In this document: in pieces, positions 24,976 to 38,600 of the stretch
Layout: each line of letters starts with the position of its first letter
Position numbering within the stretch: position 1 is the stretch's first letter
Assembly: GCA_030704615.1 (NCBI GenBank)
Contig: CM060734.1
Location: 38,502,001 to 38,566,000, forward strand
Direction: 5' to 3'
From: Takakia lepidozioides
Taxonomy: Eukaryota; Plantae; Bryophyta
Length of the DNA: 64,000 nucleotides
Translations under genes and position numbers: made by a program
Notes under the pieces: model-generated
Seen by the model: only the letters and a program-made list of their open reading frames with translations
What the model was told of the DNA's origin: nothing
Database searches by the model: none

Positions 24976-27900
24976 ATGGGAGAGACGGAGAAACAGGACG
25001 TTCAGAAGGGACAGAAGGAAGAACGAATGCGGGACATGGTGTTGCCGGACTACATCTTGAGGGGAAGCACAGGTTCTGGCGATCTGGTTTCCGAGGTGGC
25101 TCCCAAGTGGCCGTTGCTAGTGTTTGTGAACACCAAGAGCGGTGGCCAACTCGGCCGTCCCCTACTCTCTTCCCTTCATGTTCTCTTGAATCCCAAGTAG
25201 GTGATCTTAGTCTTCTGTTGTACTCAATATCTATTATTGGAGAAAATAGGATTGAACACACCAAGAGCCTGGAATTAAGAGGGACGGTACACCCTGAAGA
25301 TGATAGCCTGGATCATATAGATGTGGAAACAGGTATGAGAGCTCCTGTGAATGAGGGCCCAGTGGTGGCAGCTCACATGGTTAGGCCATGTGTTGTACCA
25401 GAAGTAAGTACAATGATAGTAACGAGAAGCAAAGCCAAACTAATACCTCCGGTAGTTGAGGAAGATGTTCGAATTTTGCGATATAAATACAAACTATGAA
25501 TTGGTAGACCTCAAGACTTCACTTAAGAAACACGGATAATGTTTTTAGTTTGCATCTACCCTACATTCACTTGGCATGCTGATCTATGACACTTACCATG
25601 CATTTCGATCAAATGGTTTGAATAAGAGTAGTCTCTAAAATTGCAAGAGGCTCTCCCGCTGCTCTCCTCCTGTCATACTGGGCTCATTTCCCCTTTATAT
25701 ACATGCAGCGAGTTTCCAATTTTGATCGTATGTAAGTCAGATGGCCTTCTATTCATCATATCTTGCCCAAGGTCAAGTGGATCTTAGTTACGCCGGCGTC
25801 GGCAGGAGTCTTCTCTCTCTCAATCTGATCAAATCTAGCGTCGTCTAATAATGCAATGGCTCCTTCTCGGACGAATTGATCAATAATAATTGATACCCTT
25901 TCACTGATTTCAGAAATTTTCTGAGTGCATAGCCAGAGAGAGGATTTGTCATGAAACTTTGTGTGCATCTCCTGTGCATTTGTCTTTCCATATTTCAAGT
26001 GCAGGGCCTAAGTTTTTTTGGCTATGGCCAATACTTTAACATACCATAACTCCTTAAAACATCTTTCCAGGTGTTTGATTTGGCTGAAGACAACCCTGAA
26101 GAAGAATTGGTCCTAGTACTGGGTCGTCTTGAGAAGTTGATGTCGGAGGGACACAAGATTGCATCCGATATTCGGACCAACCTGCGCATGATGGTAAGCT
26201 CTACTGCATCCCTACTGTCAATACGCTTATTTTCTAACTTTTCAACTACAGGACTCGTGAACCTTCTGATACTATACTCACTTGAGTTGGGGCCTGTGCA
26301 GAACGTTTGCAGAGCCAGCTGGGAATTTGAGAGGGATTGATGGAAGAGGAGGTGCTTGCAGGTAACAGGAGGGGATGGGACAGTAGGCTGGTTGCTGGGA
26401 ATAGTAAGCGATCTCAAGCTGGAAAGTCCACTGCCCACTGCCACAGTGCCACTTGGGACTGGCAACAATTTACCCTATTCTTTTGGTTGGGTGAGTTGCA
26501 TTCATATGTACATGTCTGTTGGAAGTGGGTATGTGACCTCTTCGGCTTGTTGTTTGCTGTATATACAAATTTGTGTTTTCAATTCCTCAAAATAGGGGAG
26601 GATGTTGATGTCAGGGGAAGAAGAACCCAAGTACAAGTGTGGAAGCGGTGCGTAAGCTTTTACTGAAGGTTGCGCATGCCACCCCCTTGCTCGTGGATAG
26701 GTACGGTTTCTTGCCAGTTCATCGATGCAAAAAATTCAAGCTTCCTAGTGTTTGAAAACATGAATCTGTTGCCTTTAGTCTCAGTAGAGGCCAAAAAGCC
26801 AAGACCTGTAGGTGTTTGTTTCATCTCACAAACCATTGCAAGGCTATTGCATATCTATAGCTTCAGCCAGTTGTAGTATGTAGAAGGAACTAAGATGGGT
26901 TTTGTTTCCTTGCCATGCCTATAAGCTGCCACAAAGCTTATTGTATTGGCGGGGTACTAAATGTGGGATATCATACACAAGCTCCACTACATTACCATCT
27001 CTAGTTCTACAGTCTATAGAGAATTCATCCAACCTGCTCTGGTCAGATTTGGAATTTTTCCCTCCTCTCATCCTTCTAGATATTCCCTTTGGTTTCATTT
27101 GCTTGGTACAAATGCCTTGGTATATTTAACAAGACAAATCCATGACATGTTATGTGAGCCTTTCAAACTGATGCAGTTGGCATGTAATAATGAAGATGGC
27201 ACTCTCCGAGCAAGACAAGTCACTAGAGCCCGTGAAAGTGCCTCATTCTTTGCATTCTTTCAAACGTGTTTCTCCAAAAGACCCACTACACCAGGCAAGG
27301 ACTTCCATCACCACTACAAATTGTGTCGCTGTTTTTGTGAACATTGACATGTTGTAACTACTTTCTGATTGTGTATTCATTTAAAAGAAGCACTGAAACT
27401 GCCCATTCAAGCGTGGGCATGGTTGTGTATGGATTTGCTAACTGTATACAATGGATGCCTGTCTGTATTGCCTTGGACTGGTACATTTGAATTGTAATCT
27501 AATCAGGGAACTGATGCAGGAGGGACGACTTACTTTTCGTGGAGGTTTTTGGAATTATTTCAGTATAGGTGGGGATCCTTACTTTTTTCATTCAATGTAA
27601 GGTAAAATGCTGCATTTACTCTAATTGGGTACAGTAGCATTACTGGTAACTGTTACATTAGAAGATTCTGTCATATGTTTGTTTCCGAGCCTGTTTCCAA
27701 ACATCAGCCAAAAACGTTGGAGTATCTACCATGCGAAAGATTCTCATGGTCTTTCACATGTCTTGATCTAGGTATGGATGCTCAAGTAGCATATGAATTT
27801 CATTCAAGGAGGGAGAAGGAACCTCAAAAGTTCAAAAACCAGTTCAGAAACCAGGTCTCCTATTTCTCTCTCCCCACCTTCTCTCTCTCACCCACGCTTC

Positions 27901-30610
27901 TAAAAGGTGTTGTTGTCAAGGTGGATACATCATTGTCCAAGCCCGTATAGTAGTAGCCAGCCCAACTGACAAGTTTCCATCCATTACTGTAGACAAGATA
28001 TTGGTGGCTGACGTGTAGACAAGGCTGGTTCTGTGCATCCTGCATACATCCCTCCTCAAGGTACACACACCCCCATGATTGTGTGATTGGTTGATTGTTT
28101 TGTATGTTGCTTGAAGTTAGTCCCACTCTATGTGAGGATGATTCCAATTCTTCTCATCACAAAGCGGGTGCTAGCAAAGGCCAGACCTCAGTATTATTCT
28201 GAGAGGTCAGTAGCAGCCCTTCTTCAAATGGCTAAACCTAAGAGTGAAAGAGAAAGAAGAGAAATGAAATGAAATGAAATGACATGGTGCTTTATAACGT
28301 CCGCGGAAAGCTCATAGAGCTTATGGGACAAAATGGAAGAAAACATGAGAGAGGAAACAAAACCAAAGCCAAGAATAAAAACTATTGTTCGAGTGATTGT
28401 CTAAGGGTGAAGGCCTCATGCAGGTATGCTGCCAAGCATTTCTGATCCTCATAGTGGAAGACTTCAGTGAGGGATTGGGTTCCACGGAATAAACAGTGGA
28501 ATCTCCCACCGATCTTGTAGTATAGAGAGCAATAGAAGAAGAAGTGTTCTTCAGTTTCAATTTCCCGGCTGCGCCCTATGCAAGCTGGACATAGGTGGTC
28601 CTCCCGTTGCAGGTTTTCCCATCTGCCAGTCTCTATCCGTAGGGTGTGGGAACCCACTCTGAACCGTCCCAATGCCCTCAGGAGGGAAGGAGATAGAGAT
28701 GCTGAAAGGTAATTTGGCCTCAAGATTCTATCATCTCGGAGCACCAAGAATGTCTCTTGATAGAAGTGGAGCTTTGTCGTGAGATTGGGTAGCTTCCAAG
28801 TTCTCTTGACATGTCCATAAGCTGTATCCTAATGAGTCTGTTGCAAGAGAGAAAGGACTTTGCCAGAGAGCTGTAGTGTTTCTTAAGTGGCAGCATCGTG
28901 CGTTGGTGCTACAGGAATATCCCACAGTTGGCGAAAATTAAAATTGCCAAACATGCTGGTGAATGGGAGGAGCTCAAAGTCTTATCTAGGTGAATAATGT
29001 GGGACTTTTGGCCCTTTTTTCTCGGAGTTACGAATTTGAACATCTAAATAGATAAACAGGATGCAAACCCATGATACATCTTGGTACCAGTTTGAATGAC
29101 GGAACATCCGTATCTATTCGTTCTACTTTATGTTGGCACAGCATGACATGTCCTACATCAGCCATGACCATGTTTTGGAAGTCCTGATGTTAGACTGTTG
29201 TTGGGCATGCAGCATACGGTCAATTGTGGTGCTAAATCTGCCGAGTTTTTCTGGTGGACTCAATCCCTGGGGTAAGCCTGGCGATAAACAATCCAAGGAG
29301 GTAGATTTTCTCTCACTTGCTTTAAATTCAAGAATAAGTGGATATGACCAGTTTCAATCGTTCTGTGGGTGAAGTTTATCTAACATCTCTCTTTCTCCTT
29401 CAATCATTGACCTCCAGCAACTAAACCTGGGAAGTTCAAACTGTGGGTTGCCTACTATGTATAGTCTTTTGATCAAACTGTGGAAAAAGTAATCCATGTC
29501 CGATCTGAGACGTGATTGTATTATGGACCAGTAATAAGTACTCTTCTTAAGGACAGGCCTTTGAAACCATCAACCAAACTATCATGCATGACTTTGTGCT
29601 GAGAAGCTTGAGATAACGCTAGAAGTTGTAACTGTGGTGAGTGTGCGACTGGTTCCAATTTTAGGTAACAAGGTGAAGGGCCTGGATGTGTGAAACAGAG
29701 GGGTCTTACGCCTCCATTTGTCAATGATGGTCTACTGGAGATAGTAGGTTTCCGGGATGCGTGTCATGGAATGGTGCTCTTCAGTCCCAATGGCCATGGT
29801 GTCCGCCTTGCACAGGTGTGTAAACTCCTTTTGCATTGCCTCTCTGCCATCTCACTAATCTTATACTAGTGTGGAACCCATCCATAAATTGCCTATGAGT
29901 TCAATGTGCTGCAATTTGCTGCAGTGGGCCCTCTTGTCTGGAGATGAGCTCCACTTCATGAGTGACACTGCTTAATATCTGTTGGAGGACATATACATGG
30001 TGGAGTCTAACTATGACTGTTTCTGTCCTGCTTTTCTACTGCCTCTCTCTCCCCTTATCGATGCTGGAACAGACAAGCAACACAAAAAGAAAGGGTGAAT
30101 GTAGGTATACCTTTTATCACATTTCTCTGAGTTTTCTAGCACCCAGGATGATGCATACAAGTCCCATCCCTCTTCTGTGCATCCCCCTGTTTCAAGTGGT
30201 GTTGTGTCGTTCTAAATCAATCTTCTGGAGACCACTTGCAGGCCCATAAAGTGAAGATTGAGTTCCACTCGGGAGCTGCAAATCATACATATTTGCGAAT
30301 GGATGGAGAGCCATGGTTCCAACCCTTGACATCTGGCCACAAGAAAACTGTCCTCGAAATCAGCCATCTTGGCCAAGCGCTATTGTTAGTAACACCTGAT
30401 TGCATTGCCAAGCCAGCCTCCAACCTGCCACCAGGTGTTACTGGCCATTCCGAACAAACAGGGTCTACCATTCCTGCAGGTGAGGGGGAAGGGGGTGTCG
30501 GGTCGCTGTCGGCAACAGCATTTGGCAAGTCTTCTTCTTTCTCTGACTCAGATGATTCACCGAAGAGAAAGTTTGGTGCAGCATCCACCTTCAAGGGAAT
30601 GATACAGTAA
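24976..30610 (+). CDS. diacylglycerol kinase, DGK5-like; exon 1 ends in an in-frame TAG (possible young pseudogene or null allele)
   Basis: motifs [66 protein letters not shown] and YLRMDGEPW across about 12 exons; GC-AG intron with donor at 27295. Confidence 0.88.
28261..28844 (-). mobile_element. 5'-truncated RTE-X-like LINE in a DGK intron
   Basis: ORF end [16 protein letters not shown]...LCPAC...[10 protein letters not shown]; (CATTT)n tail; approximate CTTTCTCT duplication at the flanks. Confidence 0.82.
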
Positions 30611-30630
30611 TTGTGTTTCTTTTCTCTGTA

Positions 30631-30654
30631 ATAAAGCACCATTTCATTTCATTT
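30631..30654 (+). mobile_element. ultra-short RTE-X-like 3'-end insertion in the DGK 3' UTR
   Basis: ATAAAGCACCATTTCATTTCATTT lies between TTTCTCTGTA and TTTCTGTTA. Confidence 0.6.
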
Positions 30655-30839
30655 CTGTTATTGGGACACACATCCCACGACTGGTCAAACTTCCACGTAC
30701 CTCCTCCAAATCACAATGTTACCTCCCCTGAGGTAATGCCAAAAGAAACTTCAGAAAATAACTAAGAAAGCTGAGGAGGTGCTCGCACAACTTACACAGT
30801 ACATCATCTCATTTAATTAGGTAGTCTCCTCCAGCATCG

Positions 30840-31040
30840 GCCCCCTGTCAAATCCTCCCCACGGCCTCTTATCCTGGACTCCCTATTTAAATGTTTCAGA
30901 ATGCAAAGTGCTATTACGTAGCCACAAATAGCCTGCTGTTGAAGTGATGGAAGTGGTAGCTATGAAGTGCGGGGTTCGATTCTTGATGGGTGGCAGCTAC
31001 TGCTGTCACCCCAATCTTCCTCCTCCCTCTTGAGGGGACC
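30840..31040 (-). mobile_element. internal fragment related to the MULE at 3297-3987
   Basis: shares CCCTGTCAAATCCTCCCCAC and TTCGATTCTTGATGGG with the reverse complement of 3745-3902. Confidence 0.55.
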
Positions 31041-31117
31041 TTCAGTAATGTACAGAAGAACTTGCAAGCTTGATGCTGTTGTGTAGGTGAGACATAATTT
31101 AATTACAAGGTTTGCAT

Positions 31118-32098
31118 CAGTGTTGGGAGGATACCCTTTTTCTGCCATTATACCCTGAGGGTAAAACCCAATAAGGGTATATGGATATACCATATACCCT
31201 ACCTGGAAAATCAAAAATACCCTTACCCTACCCTTGTCAGGGGTAATTATTTTTGTTAGACCCTTAATGGATTATACCCTGGGGTTTGAATTTTTGAAGG
31301 ATACCCTTACCTGAGGGTAAATCTATTCAATGGCCGGGTAATAGGGAAGGGTATAATAATTTGGTAAGTAGGGGTTTAGGTTTAGGTGTGGTATTTGCTA
31401 GTAGAGAGGGCAAACACTAGTTTTTTCTTTTTTCTGTTTCCCCTTCGTTGGTCTTCCTCGACAGGTCCTTGCCACTCTCTCCTTCTTGCAAAAAGCGTGT
31501 GCTAGTACTCTCTCTTTCCTCGATCCCGCCATTCAGTACTCTCTCTTTCCTCGATCCCGCCATTCTCTCTATCGTGCAAAGCGGCTGCTTGAGGCGCTGG
31601 TGATTTTGGACCTCATTATGATCAAATGTGTTGTTTTGTTATTATATTTAGAGGAGCATAAATGAGGGCTAAAATTTTGCTATTCATAAGCCACAAAAAA
31701 AAAGTTAACAATTTTCTTTTTCACAATAGGCATAGCCCATTAAACTCTATATAACATAGATGTTACATAGTTGAAATGCTTTATTCTAAGTATTTAATAG
31801 AATTCACAAATTAAATTAATTAAATTAATTTACCCTTTATAATTACCCTGGGATATCCGGGGGATATAAAAATGGTACCATTATCCTGCAATTACCCTTA
31901 CCCTCATGGTATATGTGGCACCCAATACCCTTACCCGGAGGGTAAATGTTTTCCAAGAATTTATATATACCCTTACCTGGAGGGTAAATATTTTCAAAAA
32001 AATAGATTATACCCTTACCCTGAGGATAAGTTTGACCCCCAAAATCATATATACCCTTACCTGAGGGTAGGAAAAATCAATATACCCTCCCAACACTG
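31118..32098. mobile_element. hAT-family non-autonomous element
   Basis: TIR CAGTGTTGGGAGG(A/G)TA; perfect 8-bp TSD GTTTGCAT (31110-31117, 32099-32106); subterminal TACCCTTACC(C/T)GAGGGTA repeats. Confidence 0.9.
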
Positions 32099-32134
32099 GT
32101 TTGCATGATAGGCCAAAAAGAGGTCAGTAACAGA

Positions 32135-32325
32135 GTTTTTTTGGTGTTCGTGCACAGTTTTGAAAGAACAACAAAATGATGATGTGGCACTTAGATGCGT
32201 TTTTTTGGGTGTTGGTGGGCAGTTTTGAAAAAAACAAAGTGATGATGTGGCACTTAGGGCGTTTTTCTTTGGTGTTGGCGAGCAGTTTTGAAAGGGGAAA
32301 AAGCCGATGACTGGACACTTAGGGA
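32135..32325. repeat. about 60-bp tandem repeat, three copies
   Basis: recurring GGTGTT...CAGTTTTGAAA...GATGATGTGGCACTTAG units. Confidence 0.7.
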
Positions 32326-32682
32326 CCCTATTCCCGTTCAATGATTTTTCAGTAGTACGCACTAGAAGATTCACGAGCGAAGGTACATCTTCTCTTTTTT
32401 TTTTTCTTTTTTTTTCTTCATCTTCTACATCAGGATCTTATAGTGTCGCTTTGGAAATAAGAACAAATTAATAGGGCTAACATACATGTAACATTATTCA
32501 TTATACTTCATTATACTGACGCTGGATACTGGCAGAGTGATGCGACTTCAGATGTATTCCGCTTGAAGCTCTCTTTCTCTACAGCCTGCCTCTCTCGTAA
32601 AGAGCTGCGACTCTGCTTAAATCGCTTCATTATGGCGCTCTCATGGAGACCTGATAACCCTTCCTCGTACAGAAACGACGAC

Positions 32683-35600
32683 ATGGCCACATTGCACTCA
32701 CCGCTATCAAAAACTGCTGGATCCAAGGCATCGGAGCTGTCTCCTCGGGCGGGTGTAAGATCCCTTCTTGGAGGAAGAAAGATGAGTTCACCTTCTGCGG
32801 AGTCGCACTCTCAGTTCCATCCTGCAGATTTCACTCAATTGAGGCTCACTGCAGGTCCAGCTTGTCTCCTCAGCGTTGTGGTGCTTCTCCATGTGCTCGT
32901 TCTCGCTTTGAGCATCTTTTCCACCTGCACAACACTCCACATGACACATGTTGTCGGAAGATAGATCATGAGGGGACAAAAGAAAAAGAAAGCTGAACCC
33001 GACGCATAATTTGTACGGTTTTTTTGGTTTTATAGGACTGGTCTAATCTGTACTCTTGGTATTCCAGAAAAGATGATGCAGGACCAGGCGTGTGTTCAGA
33101 CAGAGCTCAAAATACTGGTAATATTCTCACAGGTGCTGAACTTCTGGGGAGTAGATGAAAATTCTCGGCCGTCAGTTGCTTTGTTGATATGGAGGTTGTT
33201 GGCGCCTAAATACCACTCTGTTACTAATTACTGCGGAACTATTGTACTTCTTGGCAGAAAACAAAGCTCCAAAAATCAGAAGAGCAGATCCAGATTTTGG
33301 AATCCAAGTTGCAGAAAGCCAACAATGAGAAGACGATGTTGAAGGTTACGCAGCAGGAGGACCTAAAACTTGTCAATGGTCTTGAATCGAAGTTATTTAT
33401 GACGAATACAGTCTGTGATCAACTCACAGAGACCTTACAACACATGGAGATACAACTCCAAGAAGGTTCACTTCTATCATGCTCACAGGGAATTTTGTCA
33501 TTTGTGGTCTGGATTTGCACCTCACTGAATTGAGTTCGACCAGAGGCTCAAGAAGAAATTTCTTACACACCCCCTTGACGCGTACAAATTTCAATTGTGA
33601 AGGAGTGGGCTCATTGTGCACATTCGTTCTGAGTGCAGTTGAACGAAGCAAGATATGTCTCCAAGAGAACTTGGCTGAACGACTTCAGTTGAGTGAAGAA
33701 GAAAAACTCCAGATTGATGAATTGTCGCTAAGGAGGAGTACCGATGAAGCAGCAATCAGTCAATGTAAGCATTCCCCTTCAGATATCTCATGAGTGGTCA
33801 CTCGTGTGCAGTTTCGTTTTGCATGTCACACGCGTCAACAACCGAATGTATGCATCTTCAGGGAAGTCACGCCATGAGGAGCTGAAGGAAGCACTTAAAG
33901 CAAAGGAAGAGGCTCTCGACTTTGAAGTCGCCAAATCTAGACAGCTGGCTGCAAAGAAAGGTACCAATGTTTTGGAAAGCCCAGTCTAGAGTGTTTGGTC
34001 AGATGTATCTATGGATCGGCTTTCTGTCGCAGGTGATAGATAGCTAATCCAGAGCATCTATCATAACAAGGACAAATTGATGCACATAATTGTAGGTTTG
34101 TCGACAATATGCCCTTTTACATAAGGGCAATGCTACTAAACATACAACTTGCTGTTTGGCAGACGAGGTAGAACAGCAGTTGGGAGCAGCCAAGCAGACC
34201 TCTGAAGAAGACAAAGCAACGTTTGTCTTTCTTCACGAGAAGTTTCTTATGGAAACAGGAAAATGCATGGAACGGGCTGAAGCAGAACGGCAGAGTAAGG
34301 AAAAGGCCCTACATGACTTGCGGGAGCTTAATGCAGAGCTAAAATCCACACATTTGAGTCTGCAGCATCAACTGCAGGATGCCACAAAACAGATTACTGT
34401 GCTGGAGCAGCATCTTGAAAATAGTACATCCACACATTTGAGTCTCCAGCAGCAACTGCAAGATGCCACAAAACATGTTATGGAGCTGGAGCAACTTCTT
34501 GAAATCAGTAAAAAAGATGCTGCAGCCAATCTAATTGATGCACAAGAAGAAATAAAAGAAGTGAAGCAAATGACTGAAGAGAAGGTGAAGGAGAAGGAGA
34601 GACTTGATGCGGAGATACACAACCTGAAAGAAAAGAACGAAAAGGTGACAGCAGCAGTCAAAATTACTGAAGTACTGCTTAACACGTGTATATCTGTCAC
34701 TGAGCAGGTCAAAATATTTTTTGACAATATTGTTTCTTGTTCCCAGAATTCGACAGAGCTGGCTGTGATGGCAAGGAACATGTTAGAAGCTAAAGACCAA
34801 TTTGAGCTTCAACTCCAAGCAAAGCAGGCTCAGTATACCAAGCACCTGGATGAACTCCTGCAGCAAACCAATCAGGTGAAAGGATTTGAGGGTTCAGTTC
34901 AAAGGCTTAGAGCTTATTTCAGTCATTATATTCTTGGTCTCAGGAATCACAGAGATACTGAACCTGAAAGAACACAATTCAAAGGTGACAGTAGTAGTCA
35001 AAATTACCAAAGTACTGCTTGAACGTGTGTATCTCAGTCACTGAGCAGGTCAAAATATTTTTTGACAATATTGTTTCTTTGGTCCCAGAATTCGACAGAG
35101 CTGGCTGTGATGGCAAGGAACATGTTAGAAGCTAAAGATCAATTTGAGCTTCAACTCAAAGCAAAGCAGGCTCAGTATACAAAGCACCTGGATGAACTCC
35201 TGCAGCAAACCAATCAGGTGAAGGTGTTGAGGGTTCAGTTCAAAGACTCAGAGCTTGTTTCAGTCATTATACTCTTGGTCTCAGGAGTCACAGAGATACA
35301 GAACCTGAAAGAACAGAATGGAAAGGTGACAGCAGTAGTCAAAATTACTGAAGTACTGCTTTAACGCATGTATCTCTGTCACTGAGCAGGTCAAAGTATT
35401 TTTTGACAATATTGTTTCTTGTTCCCAGAATTCGACAGAACTGGCTGTGATGGCAAGGAACATGTTAGAAGCTAACTATCAATTTGAGCTTCAACTTGAA
35501 GCAAATCAGGCTCAGTATACCAAGCACCTGGATGAACTCCTGCAGCAAACCAATCAGGTGAAAGGTTTTGAGGGTTCAGTTCCAAGACTCGGAGCTTGTT

Positions 35601-38600
35601 TCAGTCATTATACTCTTGGTCTCAGGAGTCAAACTGGCCAACCAGATAAATGAAGCTCTGAAGGACAGGCAGTGCCTGGAGAAACTGATAGAAAATCTGC
35701 AAGGAAGAATTCAGGGGTGGGTTTTGTTCGAGCAAAACTTTCTAGGTATCCCTAACTTAAGGTGCATCTCCTGTTATATCACCACCTGACGCTTTACTTC
35801 TTTCCCTGTCAGATTCTTGCTGAACTAGATGCGGTCCAAAGTGACAAGTTGGAAGCCAAGAGGCTGTTTGAGCTTCAAATAGAGGAAAGGCAGGCGGAAT
35901 TTTCAAATCATCTACAAGAAATATCACAACAACACGAAGAGGTATGAGAGTTACTCTTGAATGTTCCAGGACTTCATTTGTAGCACTGCTCAGATGGGTC
36001 TGCTACAAGATGAAGTTTATCTGACTGGAAACACTTGCAGTCTTTGGTCGATACATTGATTTCCTGTATGCAGGAACTAAATGACCTCAAAAGACAGTTT
36101 GAAGTGGAAAAATTGGAAGCTGTTGCAACAGAGGTGAAAGTGGTCCAAAGCACAACTGAAGAGGCATTGCAGGAGAAACAGAGACATGAGGAGGTGATAC
36201 GAGGCCTACAAAAACAGAATTCAAAGGTCAGCTATCGCCTATGCTTGTGTGCAGCATCTCCTTGTTATATCACCACCTGACACTTTACTTTTTTCCCTGT
36301 CAGATTCTTGCTGAACTAGATGCGGTCCAAAGTGACAAGTTGGAAGCCAAGAGGCTGTTTGAGCTTCAAATAGAGGAAAGGCAGGCGAAATTTTTAAATC
36401 GTCTACAAGAAATATCACAACAACACGAAGAGGTATGAGAGTTACTCTTGAATGTTCCAGGACTTCATTCGTAGCCTTGCTCAGCTGGATCTGTTACAAG
36501 ATGAAGTTTATCTGACTGGAAACACTTGCAGTCTTTGTCGATACATTGATTTCCTGTATGCAGGAAGTAAACGACCTCAGAAGACAGTTTGAAGTGGAAA
36601 AATTGGAAGCTGTTGCAACAGAGGTGAAAGCGGTCCAAAGCACAACTGAAGAGGCATTGCAGGAGAAACAGAAACTTGAGGAGGTGATACGAGGCCTACA
36701 AAAACAGAATTCAAAGGTCAGCTATCACCTATGCTTGTGTGCAGCATTTTTTCACCATCTGCATAGTTGCTGAAAAAAGTCTTTCTCTGTGTACTTTCTT
36801 ATCCCAGATCTGCACCCAGTTGGCTCTGGTTGAACAGACAATGGTGGACAGTAAGAGGCAAGCAGAGGTTGAACTTGAAGCCAAGCAGGCTAATCTGACG
36901 AAGCTTCTTCAGGAGATCTCACAGCATAACCATGAGGTTGAGGAGATTTTCCCCTGACTTTAGTCTGCTGAGTGGTGACAAATGAAAAAGAAAACTGGAT
37001 GTCTTACGTAGTAATATGTCAGCAACTTCTAATGGATGTATGTTTTGTCTTAGCATTTTAAATTCTCTCAGCTTTTCAAGAACTGATGTAAACTGGTTAG
37101 ATTCTCACATTTCCTTTGTATATGTGCAGGAAATAACTGATATGAGAAGGAAGTATGAAGCTGAAAAGAGGGAGGCTATATCAACAGAAGTCAAAGCAGC
37201 CCAGCAGGTGACCGAGGAGGCTTTGAAGGAGAAGCAGAGGCTTGAGGATGTGATACAGGACCTGCAAAAGCAAAATGTACAAGTAAGCAATTGATTCCTA
37301 CCAAGGCCTACAGAATGTAATGGTCAGCTATCGCCTATGCTTGTATGCAGCATTTGCTTAACCATCTGCATAGTTGCTGGAAAAAATCCTTATCTGTGTA
37401 CTTTCTTATCCCCAGATCTGCACCCAGTTGGCTCTCGTTGAACAGTCAATGGTGGACAGTAAGAGGCAAGCAGAGCTTGAACTTGAAGCCAAGCAGGCTG
37501 ATCTGACGAAGCATCTACACGAGATCTCACAGCGTAACCATCAGGTTGAGGAGATTTTCCTGTGACTGTAGTCTACTGAGAGGTGACAAATGAAAAAGAA
37601 AACTTATATGATAACTGTCAGCAACTTTTAAGGGATCTGTGTGTGTTTTGTCTTAGCATTTTAAAGTCTTTCAGCTCCTCAAGAACTGGTGTAAACTGGT
37701 TGAATTATCAAATTCCCTTTGTATATGTGCAGGAAATAACTGATTTGAGAAGGAAGTATGAAGCTGAAAAGAGGGAGGCTATATCAACAGAAGTCAAAGC
37801 AGCCCAGCAGGTGACTGAGGAGGCTTTGAAGGAGAAGCAGAAGCTTGAGGATGTGATACAAGACCTACAAAAGAAAAATGTACAAGTAAGCAATTGACCT
37901 ACCAAGGCCTACAGAATGCAAAGGTCAGCTATCGCCTATGCTTGTGTGCAGCATTTTCTTCACCATCTGCATAGTTGCTGGAAAAAATCCTTATCTGTGT
38001 ACTTTCTTATCCCCAGATCTGCACCCAGTTGGCTCTGGCTGAACAGACAATGGTGGACAGTAAGAGACAAGCAGAGCTTGAACTTGAAGCCAAGCAGGCT
38101 AATCTGACGAAGCATCTACAGGAAATCTCACAGCGTAACCATGAGGTTGAGGAGATTTTCTTGTGCCTTAAGTCTACTGAGAGTTGACAAATGAAAATGG
38201 AAACTGGATGTCTTACATAGTAAATGTCAGCAACCTTTAATGGATGTGTGTATGTTTTTAGCATTTTAAATTCTCCGAGCTTTTCAATAACTGGTGTAAA
38301 CTGGTTAGATTCTCACATTTCCTTTGTATATATGCAGGAAATAAGTGATATGAGGAGAAAGTATGAAGCAGAAAAGAGGGAGGCTGTATCAACAGAAGTC
38401 AAAGCAGCCCAGCAGGGGACCGAGGAGGCTTTGAAGGAGAAGGAGAGGCTTGAGAATGTGATACAAGACCTGCAAAAGCAAAATGTACAAGTAAGCAATT
38501 GATTCCTACCAAGGCCTACAGAATGCAAAGGTCAGCTGTAACTATGCTAGTGTGCAGCATTTTCTTCACCATCTGCATAGTTGCTGAAAAAATTCCTTAT

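Noticed and set aside
25198-25200. U-to-C RNA editing rescuing the DGK TAG
   Set aside because: Plant U-to-C editing is organellar, and this is an intron-containing nuclear gene
24795-25499. 234-aa ORF overlapping DGK exon 1
   Set aside because: Alternative frame running into intron 1; its distal part may be retroelement debris and no family is recognisable
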